A stretch of DNA of 64,000 nt from positions 17,996-81,995 of the forward strand of contig JAGVXT010000012.1 of the NCBI GenBank assembly GCA_018303655.1. Reading direction: 5' to 3'. Position 1 is the stretch's first letter. Each line of letters opens with the position of its first letter. This stretch comes from Candidatus Woesearchaeota archaeon. Its GTDB lineage: Archaea > Nanobdellota > Nanobdellia > Woesearchaeales > GW2011-AR4. The position numbers were made by a program, and so were the translations under genes. Below are positions 39,244 to 48,508 of the stretch, piece by piece. The notes below the pieces were generated by a model, which saw only the letters and a list, made by a program, of their open reading frames with translations, searched no databases and was not told the origin of the DNA.

Positions 39244-39319
39244 TTACTTGGACAACGATGACTTTCAGTTCAAGTAAAATTTTTTCTATTTTTTATGTTA
39301 TTTATTAAACATCATTTGA

Positions 39320-39904
39320 TTAGAAACTCTGGGGAGAATCTTTGGCCTTTTCTTTTAGCGAATCAGTACAAGGTTGACAAAAACTTAAAGATACTTCTTC
39401 AAAAGTTTCTGGAGTGTCTGTATTATTCATTATGCATCTCTTATTACCAACATAATTCTCACAATGAATTTCAGAAAAGTTCCAAGTTGCAGGATGTTTT
39501 AATATTGCATGGGCTATTTCATGACTTGCTATCACAACATTCCCATCGTTACGAGAATTTAGTCCACCTACAACAATAATTCTATCTTCATTATCACATA
39601 GTCCTGCATAGCGAGTACTCCCTTCTTGTTTTCCAATCCATTCGAATACTGATGACTTACCACCACCAGAATAAGAAAAGGGTGTATGTGTAAAAATAAG
39701 TAAATATTCATCTAATCCGCTTGGTGATAATTTTGTGCCTAAATGTCTTAAATTATACATCCACCCACCCCCCTTAGAATATCTTTCTCCCAACACGGAT
39801 AAACTTAAACTAACAGGAACAACTCGTGATACACCTTCTAACAGATGGTCAATTGTTTCTTTGTTCGTTCTTTCTTCAAACAGCACTTGTAATTTCATAG
39901 ACAA
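39320..39904 (-). CDS. archaemetzincin-like zinc metallopeptidase
   Basis: HEIAHAILKH...HCENYVGNKRCIM...(17-20 aa)...FCQPC resembles the HExxH...C...CxM...CxxC archaemetzincin signature. Confidence 0.55.
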   Translation of the reverse strand: MSMKLQVLFEERTNKETIDHLLEGVSRVVPVSLSLSVLGERYSKGGGWMYNLRHLGTKLSPSGLDEYLLIFTHTPFSYSGGGKSSVFEWIGKQEGSTRYAGLCDNEDRIIVVGGLNSRNDGNVVIASHEIAHAILKHPATWNFSEIHCENYVGNKRCIMNNTDTPETFEEVSLSFCQPCTDSLKEKAKDSPQSF

Positions 39905-40109
39905 AGTATACTGTGTGTATTTTTAATTCTTTTGTTAATCTCAAACCACAACTTTATGATAATCAATCTTGCACCTTCCGCATATTCTTGAGTTCTTCTG
40001 CCTTTCAGTAATCTTAAATTTGAAGAAATTGATGTATCTTTTGCAGAATCTTGTTTTAAAGTAATGGAATTTTATTATTCAATACCCTTTCCCGAACAAA
40101 GCCCATAAT

Positions 40110-40334
40110 TCATTTTGACTCTTCAAATTCTTCCAATGTCAAGCCTGCATCTTTTATTATCCTGCTTAACGTGCCTTTCTTCAATTCAGAATGTAGTGGA
40201 ACTGTAATCTTGATAGTTTTATTACCAACATATTTTTCGAGCCTTACATGTGACCCTTTCTGTCTTGTAGCAATAAAACCAGCTCTCTTTAACCGCTTAA
40301 TAACTTTAATTCCAGAAATGAGGGGAAGCTTCAT
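40110..40334 (-). CDS. hicA: HicA toxin
   Basis: 74 aa. KVIKRLKRAGF...RQKGSHVRL. Confidence 0.75.
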   Translation of the reverse strand: MKLPLISGIKVIKRLKRAGFIATRQKGSHVRLEKYVGNKTIKITVPLHSELKKGTLSRIIKDAGLTLEEFEESK

Positions 40335-40531
40335 ACTGAAACAACAACTTTCTCACCACTAAAATCAATAAGCTCGTTTGTGTCTGCCTCTAAATATAAT
40401 TCAATAGCCTCCTTAATATTCTTAATAGCTTCTTCTTTAGTGTCGCCTTGTGAGATACAGCCAGGCAAAGAAGGCACGTATGCAGTAAAACCCCCTTCTT
40501 CTTGCGGTTCCAAAACAATGGTTAATTTCAT
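40331..40531 (-). CDS. hicB: HicB antitoxin (UPF0150)
   Basis: 66 aa. EEGGFTAYVPSLPGCISQGDTKEEA. It overlaps hicA by 4 nt. Confidence 0.75.
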   Translation of the reverse strand: MKLTIVLEPQEEGGFTAYVPSLPGCISQGDTKEEAIKNIKEAIELYLEADTNELIDFSGEKVVVSV

Positions 40532-40579
40532 ACATTGACCAATAATAAAACTAATATATAAATCTTTGCTGTTTTTATT

Positions 40580-42040
40580 TCAATACCCTTTCCCGAACAC
40601 AGCCCATGACTTGGCTTCTGCATTGCATTGAATGCATTTTCCATGCGCCGATTTCTGCTCGAACGGTATGCACCTGCATGTCGCCCCTTCTGCCTTGTCT
40701 TTTATGTTAGTCTCGCATTCATCCTGGCCGCAGAACAGTGCCTTGGCCATTTTCTTGCTTTTGATTGCATTCAAAAAATCATTGAAATTGTGGACTTCAA
40801 CAATGCTTTTCGCCAGATATTCCTTTGCCTTGTTCAATAAGCTGTCCTGTATGTCATTCAATGTATGCTCAACTTTTTTCTCCAAATCCTTTGTTTTGAT
40901 TGTGATTTTTTCGTTTGTGTCCCTTCTTACCAATACAAGCTGGTCAGCCTCGACATCTTTTGGGCCGATTTCAATTCTCAATGGCACGCCCTTTAATTCC
41001 CACTCATTAAATTTCCATCCTGGTGTATATCCATCCCTGTCGTCAAGCTCAACAGCATGGTTTTTTAATTTTAATTTTTTTGCAATTTCCTTGGCTTTTG
41101 TTATTATTGATTCTTTGTTTTCCCTGAAGACAATCGGAACAACAACCACATGCACTGGAGCTATTCTTGGCGGCATTATCAACCCCTTGTCATCCCCATG
41201 CACCATGACAATCGCTCCTATTGTCCTTGTGCTTAGCCCCCAGGATGTCTGCCATGCAAATTTCTCTTTTTCATCCTTGTCAAGGAATTTAATGCCGAAA
41301 ACCTTTGAGAAATTCTGCCCGAGCAAATGTGATGTGCCCATCTGCAAAGCCTTGCCGTCAGGCATGAAAGCCTCAACGGTTGTTGTATAGTCAGCGCCTG
41401 CAAACTTCTCCTTGTTGGTTTTCTTGCCTGCAATTACCGGAATTGCCATGAAATTTTCAATTAAGTCAACATACTCAAACAGCTGCTGCATCACTTCCTT
41501 TTCTGCATCCTCCTTGGTTGCATGCACAGTATGCCCTTCCTGCCATAAAAACTCTCTCGTTCTTAAGAACGGCTTTGCGTGCTTGAACTCCCACCTTACA
41601 ACAGAATTCCATTGATTCAGCAATAAAGGCAGGTCCCTCCATGAGCGTATCCATTTTGCATAGCTTTCGTACATTATAGTTTCTGAAGTAGGTCTTATGG
41701 CTAGCCTTTCATTCAATTCTGTATTGCCGGCTTTTGTGACCCATGCAACCTCCGGATTAAAGCCTTCAACATGCTCTGCCTCCTTTTTCAGCAGGCTTTC
41801 AGGAATAAACATTGGGAAATAGCAGTTTTTATGCCCGGACCTCTTTATCTTGTCATTGAAGATATTCTTAATTTTCTCCCAGATTGAATAAGAATTTGGC
41901 TTGAAAATGATGCACCCAGACACGGAGCTGTAGTCCATCATGTCTGCCTTCAGCACAACTTGGTTGTACCATTCATTAAAGTCCTCTGATTTTTTTACCG
42001 ATAAGCCAAGCTGCTCATCTTTTCCGTCTTTCTGTTCCAT
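40580..42040 (-). CDS. proS: proline--tRNA ligase (archaeal/eukaryal type)
   Basis: 486 aa. Class II motifs and a C-terminal zinc-binding extension ending in GKGY. Confidence 0.9.
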   Translation of the reverse strand: MEQKDGKDEQLGLSVKKSEDFNEWYNQVVLKADMMDYSSVSGCIIFKPNSYSIWEKIKNIFNDKIKRSGHKNCYFPMFIPESLLKKEAEHVEGFNPEVAWVTKAGNTELNERLAIRPTSETIMYESYAKWIRSWRDLPLLLNQWNSVVRWEFKHAKPFLRTREFLWQEGHTVHATKEDAEKEVMQQLFEYVDLIENFMAIPVIAGKKTNKEKFAGADYTTTVEAFMPDGKALQMGTSHLLGQNFSKVFGIKFLDKDEKEKFAWQTSWGLSTRTIGAIVMVHGDDKGLIMPPRIAPVHVVVVPIVFRENKESIITKAKEIAKKLKLKNHAVELDDRDGYTPGWKFNEWELKGVPLRIEIGPKDVEADQLVLVRRDTNEKITIKTKDLEKKVEHTLNDIQDSLLNKAKEYLAKSIVEVHNFNDFLNAIKSKKMAKALFCGQDECETNIKDKAEGATCRCIPFEQKSAHGKCIQCNAEAKSWAVFGKGY

Positions 42041-42120
42041 GATAAGGAAATGCTTTTATTTTGTTTATAAAGATTTTGATGAGCTGTAAAGTAAACGGGT
42101 GTTATTTTGCTCAAAAAAAA

Positions 42121-42282
42121 TTAACTTTTCCTAATAGTTAGTTTTTTGTCTTTAATTTCTGTTTCTAAATCTTGTCCTTCTTTCCATTCAAGTTCTTTAA
42201 TTGTTTCAGGCGGTATAACAATAACCCATTTAGCATATTCTATATTTCCCACTTTTCTAGAAAGTTGTTTTTGTAACTTCAT
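42121..42282 (-). CDS. AbrB/SpoVT-like small DNA-binding protein (53 aa)
   Basis: Manual translation gives MKLQKQLSRKVGNIEYAKWVIVIPPETIKELEWKEGQDLETEIKDKKLTIRKS. It is below the ORF-track cutoff. Confidence 0.5.
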   Translation of the reverse strand: MKLQKQLSRKVGNIEYAKWVIVIPPETIKELEWKEGQDLETEIKDKKLTIRKS

Positions 42283-42384
42283 AAAATAAAAAATAATCAC
42301 TTCTATTTAAATCTTTAGGTACCAACTAGCGAATAGTAACTTAGGTACCGAAAGATATATAAAGAGTAGGTACCTAATTATATT

Positions 42385-43167
42385 ATGAAAGAAATGATTT
42401 GCCCGCATTGCAAAGAGAAGAACATTAAGAAAGATGGATTAAGAACAACAGAAAAAAGAGGAAAAATCCAGAGATATAGATGTAAAATTTGTAATTATCG
42501 ATTTGTCGTAGATGATGGCTTTTACAGAATGAGAAACAATGAAAAAATTATTACAATGTCAATTGATATGTATATTTCTAATTTATCAAGCAGAAAGATG
42601 AGAAATCAATTAAGCAGACATTTAAACACCAAAATAAGCCACATAAGTATTCTTGATTGGGTAAGAAGATATACTCTAAAAGTCAGTAAATTTGTTGATA
42701 AACTACAATACAATATGGGAAGTAGCTTTTATGCAGATGAAACTTTAATTGATTGTGAAGGTAGAGATGATAGATTTTGGTGTTGTCTTGATTGGGATAC
42801 TAGATTAATTACAGGAGTTCATTATAGTTTATCAGGTAATCCAATAGAAGCACAAAAATTCTTATTTAAGTCAATTCAGAAAGGAAAACCTAAATTCATT
42901 CAGACTGATGGCGGAGTTTTCTATCCGAGAGCATTTAGAAAGCTCTTCTATTCCAATAAGATTGGCAGTCTAACAGTTGAGCATAAAATACAAAATGCGA
43001 GTGTTACTAAAATCCACAATTACAGAATAGAAACAGTCTTTATGAAAATTAAAGACAGAGTAGATGATTTTCGAGGGATTAAGGCATTGTGGTCTGCTCC
43101 AATTTTAATGAATGCCTTAGTTATTCAACATAATAAGTTCCATGCAATAGAGCGGGACAGGAGTTAA
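42385..43167 (+). mobile_element. IS6-like DDE transposase gene (element ends not resolved)
   Basis: 260 aa. N-terminal zinc ribbon (CPHC...CKIC), then DDE candidates YADETLI, IQTDGG and NYRIETVFMKIKDR. GGTACC occurs three times in the 85 nt upstream. No convincing terminal inverted repeats seen. Confidence 0.65.
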
Positions 43168-43202
43168 ACTTAGGAGAAAATAGATGGCTAGGGTTGATCC
43201 AT

Positions 43203-43409
43203 TTATCCAGTAGGTAATGCAGGAGGTTGGGGTATTGAACCTCCACCATTAGCAATAGAAGAAGAATCTCCAGTTAGCCAGAAATAAATTCCAATTCCTA
43301 CTCCGATTAAAATTAGAATTATTAAAATCCAAATCCATGCGCTCATCCCTTTTTTGTTTTTTATCATTTTAATTTGGTATTGTTGGAGGCGTTGTAATGC
43401 TTTGACCAA
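43203..43409 (-). CDS. small membrane protein
   Basis: 68 aa with one TM segment (WIWILIILILIGVGIGIYFWL). Confidence 0.4.
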   Translation of the reverse strand: MVKALQRLQQYQIKMIKNKKGMSAWIWILIILILIGVGIGIYFWLTGDSSSIANGGGSIPQPPALPTG

Positions 43410-44226
43410 GTGTACAAGTGGCGGACACCTTAACTGCCAAAGGCATGTATAAATAATTTATGTCTATCTTTGTATTTAATAGTTGGTTAGCTTGTTCTTG
43501 GGCTTCAGAAGAGGTATATTGCCACTTTTGATTTATAGGGTCCCATTGATTTACACTAGTAATTTTACAATCACCAACAACTTCATTAAGAGTTTTATCA
43601 TAAAATCCGGCTGAAAGAAAAATTAAATTCCAGCCCTGAGATAATTTTGTTTTCTTTAAACCATCAGAATAGATTTTATCAACATCTCTAACCTCTAATT
43701 GTGCTAGGGGATACTGGCACTCCATATCTGAATAAACCCAACGAGAAGTTGTATAGACTGACCAAATTCCATCATTTCCACCCATTTCAGAAGACAAATA
43801 ATAATTTCTTATGGCATTGTCTGCTTTTTGTTGAACAGAACTCTCAAAACCATTACTATTGTAATCTATTTTGCCACCAATATATCCTTCTCCTGGAACA
43901 TAAATATAACCATATTTTATTTGATAACCTGAAAAGTCATTTCTCTTATTTCCACAACCCATCTCACTAGAATAGCCAAAATAATTATCAGGACTTCGAG
44001 CAGGGGCTTGAATGCCTTGACCAGGCGAAGGAATTAAATTCCAACCTTTATATATTTTGAACGAAGAAGCAACATAAGGAAGGTCTGATGAACTACCATA
44101 AACAACATCTTTCGCAGTTACTTTATCATTCTGCACTACCCCATAATTAGTAATCGCTAAAACTGAAGTTACAAGTCCAACTAAAATTACTATAATTATT
44201 ATTGGTGCAATCAATTTATTGTTCAT
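43369..44226 (-). CDS. secreted hypothetical protein
   Basis: 285 aa with an N-terminal TM or signal segment. No motif recognised. Confidence 0.5.
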   Translation of the reverse strand: MNNKLIAPIIIIVILVGLVTSVLAITNYGVVQNDKVTAKDVVYGSSSDLPYVASSFKIYKGWNLIPSPGQGIQAPARSPDNYFGYSSEMGCGNKRNDFSGYQIKYGYIYVPGEGYIGGKIDYNSNGFESSVQQKADNAIRNYYLSSEMGGNDGIWSVYTTSRWVYSDMECQYPLAQLEVRDVDKIYSDGLKKTKLSQGWNLIFLSAGFYDKTLNEVVGDCKITSVNQWDPINQKWQYTSSEAQEQANQLLNTKIDINYLYMPLAVKVSATCTLGQSITTPPTIPN

Positions 44227-44324
44227 GATAATAAATATAATGGGAACCTATTTAAAAAGCTTTCGAAAGCTTTGGCACAAACCTTTGGATATTGTGCTAT
44301 AAAGGTTTTAGTCCAAATCTTTGT

Positions 44325-44528
44325 ATGAGCAAATACAAAGAAATGATTTTATCTATTCTCTCAAAAACAGAGATAAAAAGTACAAATGAAATTCTAGAAG
44401 ATTTACAAAAGAAAGCAGACAAGGTAATCAATTGGCATGCTCTCTATAGGGTTTTAATGGAACTTCAATCAGAGAATAAAATTGAAAGATTGGAAAGCAA
44501 AGCAGGATTCCTTTGGAAGAAAAAGTGA
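44325..44528 (+). CDS. small wHTH-like protein
   Basis: MSKYKEMILSILSK...STNEILEDLQKK......YRVLMELQSENKIE. ORF track start is 44292. Confidence 0.45.
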   Translation: MSKYKEMILSILSKTEIKSTNEILEDLQKKADKVINWHALYRVLMELQSENKIERLESKAGFLWKKK

Positions 44529-44579
44529 GCATTTAGCTCCCTTTAACTTTACAGCTCAGATTTTGATTAGTTTTAAAAA

Positions 44580-44671
44580 TGGGGCTGCGGAGACTTTCGA
44601 AAATAATAAATTATTCGAACTCCGGTCACGAGGCCCCGAACCCCGGATACTGCCAACTGTACTACAGCCCC
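44580..44671 (-). tRNA. tRNA-Pro(CGG) with a 20-nt intron at 59/60 (T-loop)
   Basis: Acceptor GGGGCTG/CAGCCCC, anticodon arm CGGGG-TTCGGGG-CCTCG with no intron there, T-arm CGGAG-TTCGAA|intron 44594-44613|T-CTCCG. BHB register: TTCG pairs with CGAA, flanked by 3-nt bulges. Confidence 0.75.
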
Positions 44672-44713
44672 AAAAGAAAGCGATTGACAAGACAATAAAA
44701 AGCTTATTGAAAT

Positions 44714-45298
44714 TTATAACAAAGGCCCGATAATATTCAAAATACCCCCTGTTATGAATTTGACGGCAACTGCCGCCAATATAATGCCCATGATTCTTGA
44801 TATGGCGCTGGTCCACTGCTCGCCCAGTATTTTGTACAATCTTGACGAATTAATTAATATAATCCATGTTGCCAGCAAAGTCAAAAATGCTGCAATAACT
44901 GTCACTAAAATGCCACTTTCTTTAACTAGAATTATGGTTATGGTGATAACCCCGGGCCCTGTAAGCAGCGGCGTTCCGACAGGAACGCTTAAATTGAATC
45001 CATGTGATTTCACATATTTAAGGGACGTGCCAAAAACGTACAATATGCCCATTATCAACAAAATAATGCCGCCTGCGATCTGAAAGCTGTCAAGGTCTAT
45101 TCCAAAGAAATTAAATACCTGCACCCCAAAGAACAGGAAAATGAAAAGAAGCACGCCAGCAACAAAGACCGACCCGTCAACGTTCCTTTTGATTTCCTTT
45201 ATAGGCATGCCCTTTGTCAGGCTGATCAATATTGGAAGATTCCCTATCGGGTCCATTATGACAAATAAAGCGATAAATGCCTCAAGCAACCCTTCCAT
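44714..45298 (-). CDS. MarC-family (UPF0056) membrane protein
   Basis: FIALFVIMDPIGNLPI and a polytopic profile. Confidence 0.75.
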   Translation of the reverse strand: MEGLLEAFIALFVIMDPIGNLPILISLTKGMPIKEIKRNVDGSVFVAGVLLFIFLFFGVQVFNFFGIDLDSFQIAGGIILLIMGILYVFGTSLKYVKSHGFNLSVPVGTPLLTGPGVITITIILVKESGILVTVIAAFLTLLATWIILINSSRLYKILGEQWTSAISRIMGIILAAVAVKFITGGILNIIGPLL

Positions 45299-45306
45299 CT
45301 TTTTTA

Positions 45307-45750
45307 TTAATGTTTATTTGCGTTTTTGGGTGTTTTACCTGCCATTCCTTGGATTAGATTTTTACTGGTTATTTTTTTCTTTGGCAGCAGGATGAACAAT
45401 GAAGTACCCACTACAATGATTGTATAGGTGATTGAGTACCTTACTACATCTGTCGCATCCACTGCCTTATACGCATAAATAACAAGGCCTGCCATACCTG
45501 CAAAAAACAGCAAAGGAGCCAAAGTATGGTAGCCCACTTTCTCGGCATGAAAATAAACCCCAGAAATCAAGAAGAAAGAAATGATTGTTATAAACAAGAA
45601 AACCACAACAATGTTCATATACATTATGTTCTCAAAATGTATCGCGGAATAAATTGATATGTACATTGTAAACAGGAATGCAGCCAAAATAGAAACATAA
45701 TAGAACCATTGCGGAGATTTAGCTGTCTTCACCTCTTTTATTTTCACCAT
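45307..45750 (-). CDS. membrane protein, hypothetical
   Basis: 147 aa with about four TM segments. Confidence 0.5.
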   Translation of the reverse strand: MVKIKEVKTAKSPQWFYYVSILAAFLFTMYISIYSAIHFENIMYMNIVVVFLFITIISFFLISGVYFHAEKVGYHTLAPLLFFAGMAGLVIYAYKAVDATDVVRYSITYTIIVVGTSLFILLPKKKITSKNLIQGMAGKTPKNANKH

Positions 45751-45782
45751 CTTGTTATTCTTAAAATAGCAAATATTTAAAG

Positions 45783-46721
45783 TTATTGGTTTTGCGCCGC
45801 TTCGTAATCGCTTATAATTTTATTGACGACTTGCTTTACTTTATTGGATGATATTGCAAACCCCAGCCCTTCAAATCCCCCAGCCTTGAAATTGTTGACG
45901 CCGATTATCTCGCCTTTTGTATTGATCAATGGGCCTCCGGAATTGCCTGGGTTGATTGGAACATCAGTTTGAATGTAGTTTATTCCATTAAATGTCCTGA
46001 ATGCGCTTACAATGCCCTCTGTTACAGTAAATGCCAATCCAGCGGGGTTGCCTGCTGCAATGACTTTCTCCCCAATCTTGACATCATCTGAGTTGCCAAA
46101 GTTAAATGCCTTCAAATCAGGCGCTTCAATCTTCAGCACAGCTATGTCAGCAGCGGAGTCGTAGCCAACAAGCACATTCACACCATATGTCTTGCCGGCG
46201 TATGTAACTGCCTTTACGATTGATGCGCCGCTTATTACATGGACATTTGTCACAATATAACCTTTAGTGTCGATTATCGCGCCAGAGCCCTGGCCGACAT
46301 TTGTCTTTATGCTAACCGTGGACTGCAATACATCCTCCACAATTGCCGAGAAATCAGCGCTTTTTATCCTGATGTTTTTTAGCTCGTCCTTTAATTCATT
46401 TAATTTTATATTGCTCTGCTGCTCTATCTGGTCAATTAAATTGGACAGGGTGTTTATCTCTATCTGGTTCTGGGTCTTGAAGTTTTGAAGGCCCATATCA
46501 ACCAGCCCAATCTGCGACGAAAGATTGGAGCCCAAAAGCGATATCTGATTTTTTAAATCTTGCAAATTTTGTGTAAATTGCTCATTTAACTCAAGTATCT
46601 TTGTGCCGTAGTCCTGCCTGACAAGATTCAGGCTGTAGTTAAAGTAGTAAATCACGCCTCCTGTCAGCATCAATACTCCTAAAATTATCAATATTGTGTT
46701 CTGTGTTTTTTTATTAACCAT
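45783..46721 (-). CDS. membrane-anchored trypsin-like serine protease (HtrA-like, no PDZ seen)
   Basis: GSGAIIDTKGYIVTNVHV, DIAVLKI and NPGNSGGPLIN form the His/Asp/Ser triad context. It also has an N-terminal TM segment and a coiled coil. Confidence 0.75.
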   Translation of the reverse strand: MVNKKTQNTILIILGVLMLTGGVIYYFNYSLNLVRQDYGTKILELNEQFTQNLQDLKNQISLLGSNLSSQIGLVDMGLQNFKTQNQIEINTLSNLIDQIEQQSNIKLNELKDELKNIRIKSADFSAIVEDVLQSTVSIKTNVGQGSGAIIDTKGYIVTNVHVISGASIVKAVTYAGKTYGVNVLVGYDSAADIAVLKIEAPDLKAFNFGNSDDVKIGEKVIAAGNPAGLAFTVTEGIVSAFRTFNGINYIQTDVPINPGNSGGPLINTKGEIIGVNNFKAGGFEGLGFAISSNKVKQVVNKIISDYEAAQNQ

Positions 46722-46722
46722 C

Positions 46723-47049
46723 TTATTCTTTTATTTTGTATTCTGCATCAAGATATTCGGCATTTTTGTGCTTTTTATGAACTTTTTTAAATTTAATCAT
46801 TGTAACCAAAAATATCAGCAAAGAAATTAGTATAACAAATAAGATAACTGCCAATGACAGCAGCATCAAGCCACCGGCAATTATTAAGTACCATTTTGAT
46901 ACCAAAGCCAGCAAAGTCCATTCTTTCTCTTTAGAATGCAGATATATAAAATATACGGCTATAAGGCTGAAAATCGTGCCCACTCCAAAGTTGAACGCGA
47001 GCCCGCGAGCGTTCTCGCGCGCATCTCCCCATCTTTTTTGAATGATCAT
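46723..47049 (-). CDS. small membrane protein
   Basis: 108 aa with 2-3 TM segments. Confidence 0.45.
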   Translation of the reverse strand: MIIQKRWGDARENARGLAFNFGVGTIFSLIAVYFIYLHSKEKEWTLLALVSKWYLIIAGGLMLLSLAVILFVILISLLIFLVTMIKFKKVHKKHKNAEYLDAEYKIKE

Positions 47050-47050
47050 C

Positions 47051-47434
47051 TTATTTTACAAAATTCTGCTGTATGAAAGAAGCCATTTGCGTATTGTCCG
47101 CAGCTTCATAGGCTTTTGCTGCCAATTTGTAGCTTTTTGCCTGAATGCAGAGAACCGCAGCGCTGCTTAGCCTTTGCTTGTCCTTTGTGGGAATAAAGCA
47201 AAGAGTTGCAAGCTCTGTTTTGCTTTCTGATAAAAACAAATCGCCCAATTTTGTTAGTTTCTCGATGTCATTTGCCTTGGCCATTATTTCAATGGCTTCC
47301 GCAAACTTGTTCTGTTTGTACAGCCTTTCCGCAGCATCGCTTAAAATCCCCCTTCTTGCGCTTTCGTCAAGCATTGAAAGGTTTACTGAGTTAATGCCGT
47401 CCCTAAGGATTTTTTCAACGATTGGGTGTTCCAT
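47051..47434 (-). CDS. hypothetical helical-repeat protein
   Basis: 127 aa with TPR-like A..A..Y periodicity. Confidence 0.45.
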   Translation of the reverse strand: MEHPIVEKILRDGINSVNLSMLDESARRGILSDAAERLYKQNKFAEAIEIMAKANDIEKLTKLGDLFLSESKTELATLCFIPTKDKQRLSSAAVLCIQAKSYKLAAKAYEAADNTQMASFIQQNFVK

Positions 47435-47545
47435 AGGTGTTTCTTAAGAATTGGTTTATTTAAAGGTTTTTATTAAGGTTAATTTTTGGTTATCTTTATT
47501 GGCATAACTTTTTAAATTAGCCATGATAAATCCGGGAAGTTCGCA

Positions 47546-48316
47546 ATGAAACAAACGACAACCCTGAGAACGCTGTCTTTTGACGGGCTCGAGACGAGGA
47601 TTTTGTCATTGAGTGAAATAATGTTGGGCCGTATTGGATCAAAAGAACAAAAGTATCCGGCAAAGCCTTTTGAAATAAGCCTCCTAATTGAGGAAGTAGT
47701 TGCTGAATATACTAAGGTTAATCCTTTTCTTGATGCAAAACTTGTTTCTGAAGCGGCCAGGATAAGTTATGAAGCTCATGAAGGCTACAAAAGAAAAAAC
47801 GGGCTTCCTTATATAGTTCATCCATATCAGGTTGGGTATATTCTTGCATTGATGGGCATGGACTTTGAAACTATTGCAGCAGGCCTTAATCACGATGCCA
47901 TTGAGAAATCAGGCGCTGGGAGAAAAAATATTACTGAAAAAATAATGAAGTCATTAGGAGAACATGTTCTTGAAATGGTTTTGGGTGTAACCAGGATTCC
48001 GGACAGTGAAATATCTTTGTCAGGTTATGATTGCGACACCATGGATAAACTCCTGAGAATGATGAAAGAAAAAAAACCGGATGCAAGAATCGACGCAATC
48101 AATGTGGCCGATGGCATCAGCAATCTGCTGTCTATGGATGGGTTAAAGGCAGGACCAAATAATTTTTTTGATGAAAGAATGAAAAGCATACAAAACTCTG
48201 AATTATATGTGAAGCCTGCCGCATCTAGGCTTGATAACACATTCGGCTTGGATGGAAATTTCAGATTTTACGATTTTGTTGTTCTGCTAATACAAAGAGG
48301 CAGAACCAGCATATGA
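47546..48316 (+). CDS. RelA/SpoT-type HD-domain hydrolase (stand-alone)
   Basis: GLPYIVHPYQVGYILA....DFETIAAGLNHDAIEKS matches the (p)ppGpp-hydrolase HD pattern (Y..HP..VA..L....D......LLHD..ED). Confidence 0.6.
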   Translation: MKQTTTLRTLSFDGLETRILSLSEIMLGRIGSKEQKYPAKPFEISLLIEEVVAEYTKVNPFLDAKLVSEAARISYEAHEGYKRKNGLPYIVHPYQVGYILALMGMDFETIAAGLNHDAIEKSGAGRKNITEKIMKSLGEHVLEMVLGVTRIPDSEISLSGYDCDTMDKLLRMMKEKKPDARIDAINVADGISNLLSMDGLKAGPNNFFDERMKSIQNSELYVKPAASRLDNTFGLDGNFRFYDFVVLLIQRGRTSI

Positions 48317-48323
48317 ATTGTAG

Positions 48324-48412
48324 TGAGCCTGGGGGGATTCGAACCCCCACTGCCCGGTTTCATCTTATTGCAAAGCCGAAGCCGAGTCTGCTATCCATTA
48401 CAGCACAGGCCC
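48324..48412 (-). tRNA. tRNA-Arg(UCG) with a 17-nt canonical intron
   Basis: Acceptor GGGCCTG/CAGGCTC, anticodon stem CTCGG/CCGGG, loop CTTCGG|A (anticodon 48377-48379), intron 48359-48375, T-arm GGGGG-TTCGAAT-CCCCC. Confidence 0.8.
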
Positions 48413-48508
48413 AGTGTCTTGTGAGCGAGTAGCTCACTCGCATTTCACTATTATTTTCTTATTGATTATTAAAAGTTTCTAAAGAAATACCGCAAGAATA
48501 CAGAATAA

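Noticed and set aside
40632-41390. A 252-aa plus-strand ORF.
   Set aside because: It is antisense to the well-supported proS gene, and its translation is low-complexity and S/F/L-rich.
42300-43260. Terminal inverted repeats for the IS6-like transposase.
   Set aside because: I found only short, ambiguous matches: AACTTAGG as a direct repeat and three GGTACC sites upstream. The boundaries are therefore left undefined rather than guessed.
44482-44816. ORFs 44482..44733 (+) and 44556..44816 (-).
   Set aside because: Both run across the tRNA-Pro gene and its intron, and the minus ORF also overlaps marC.
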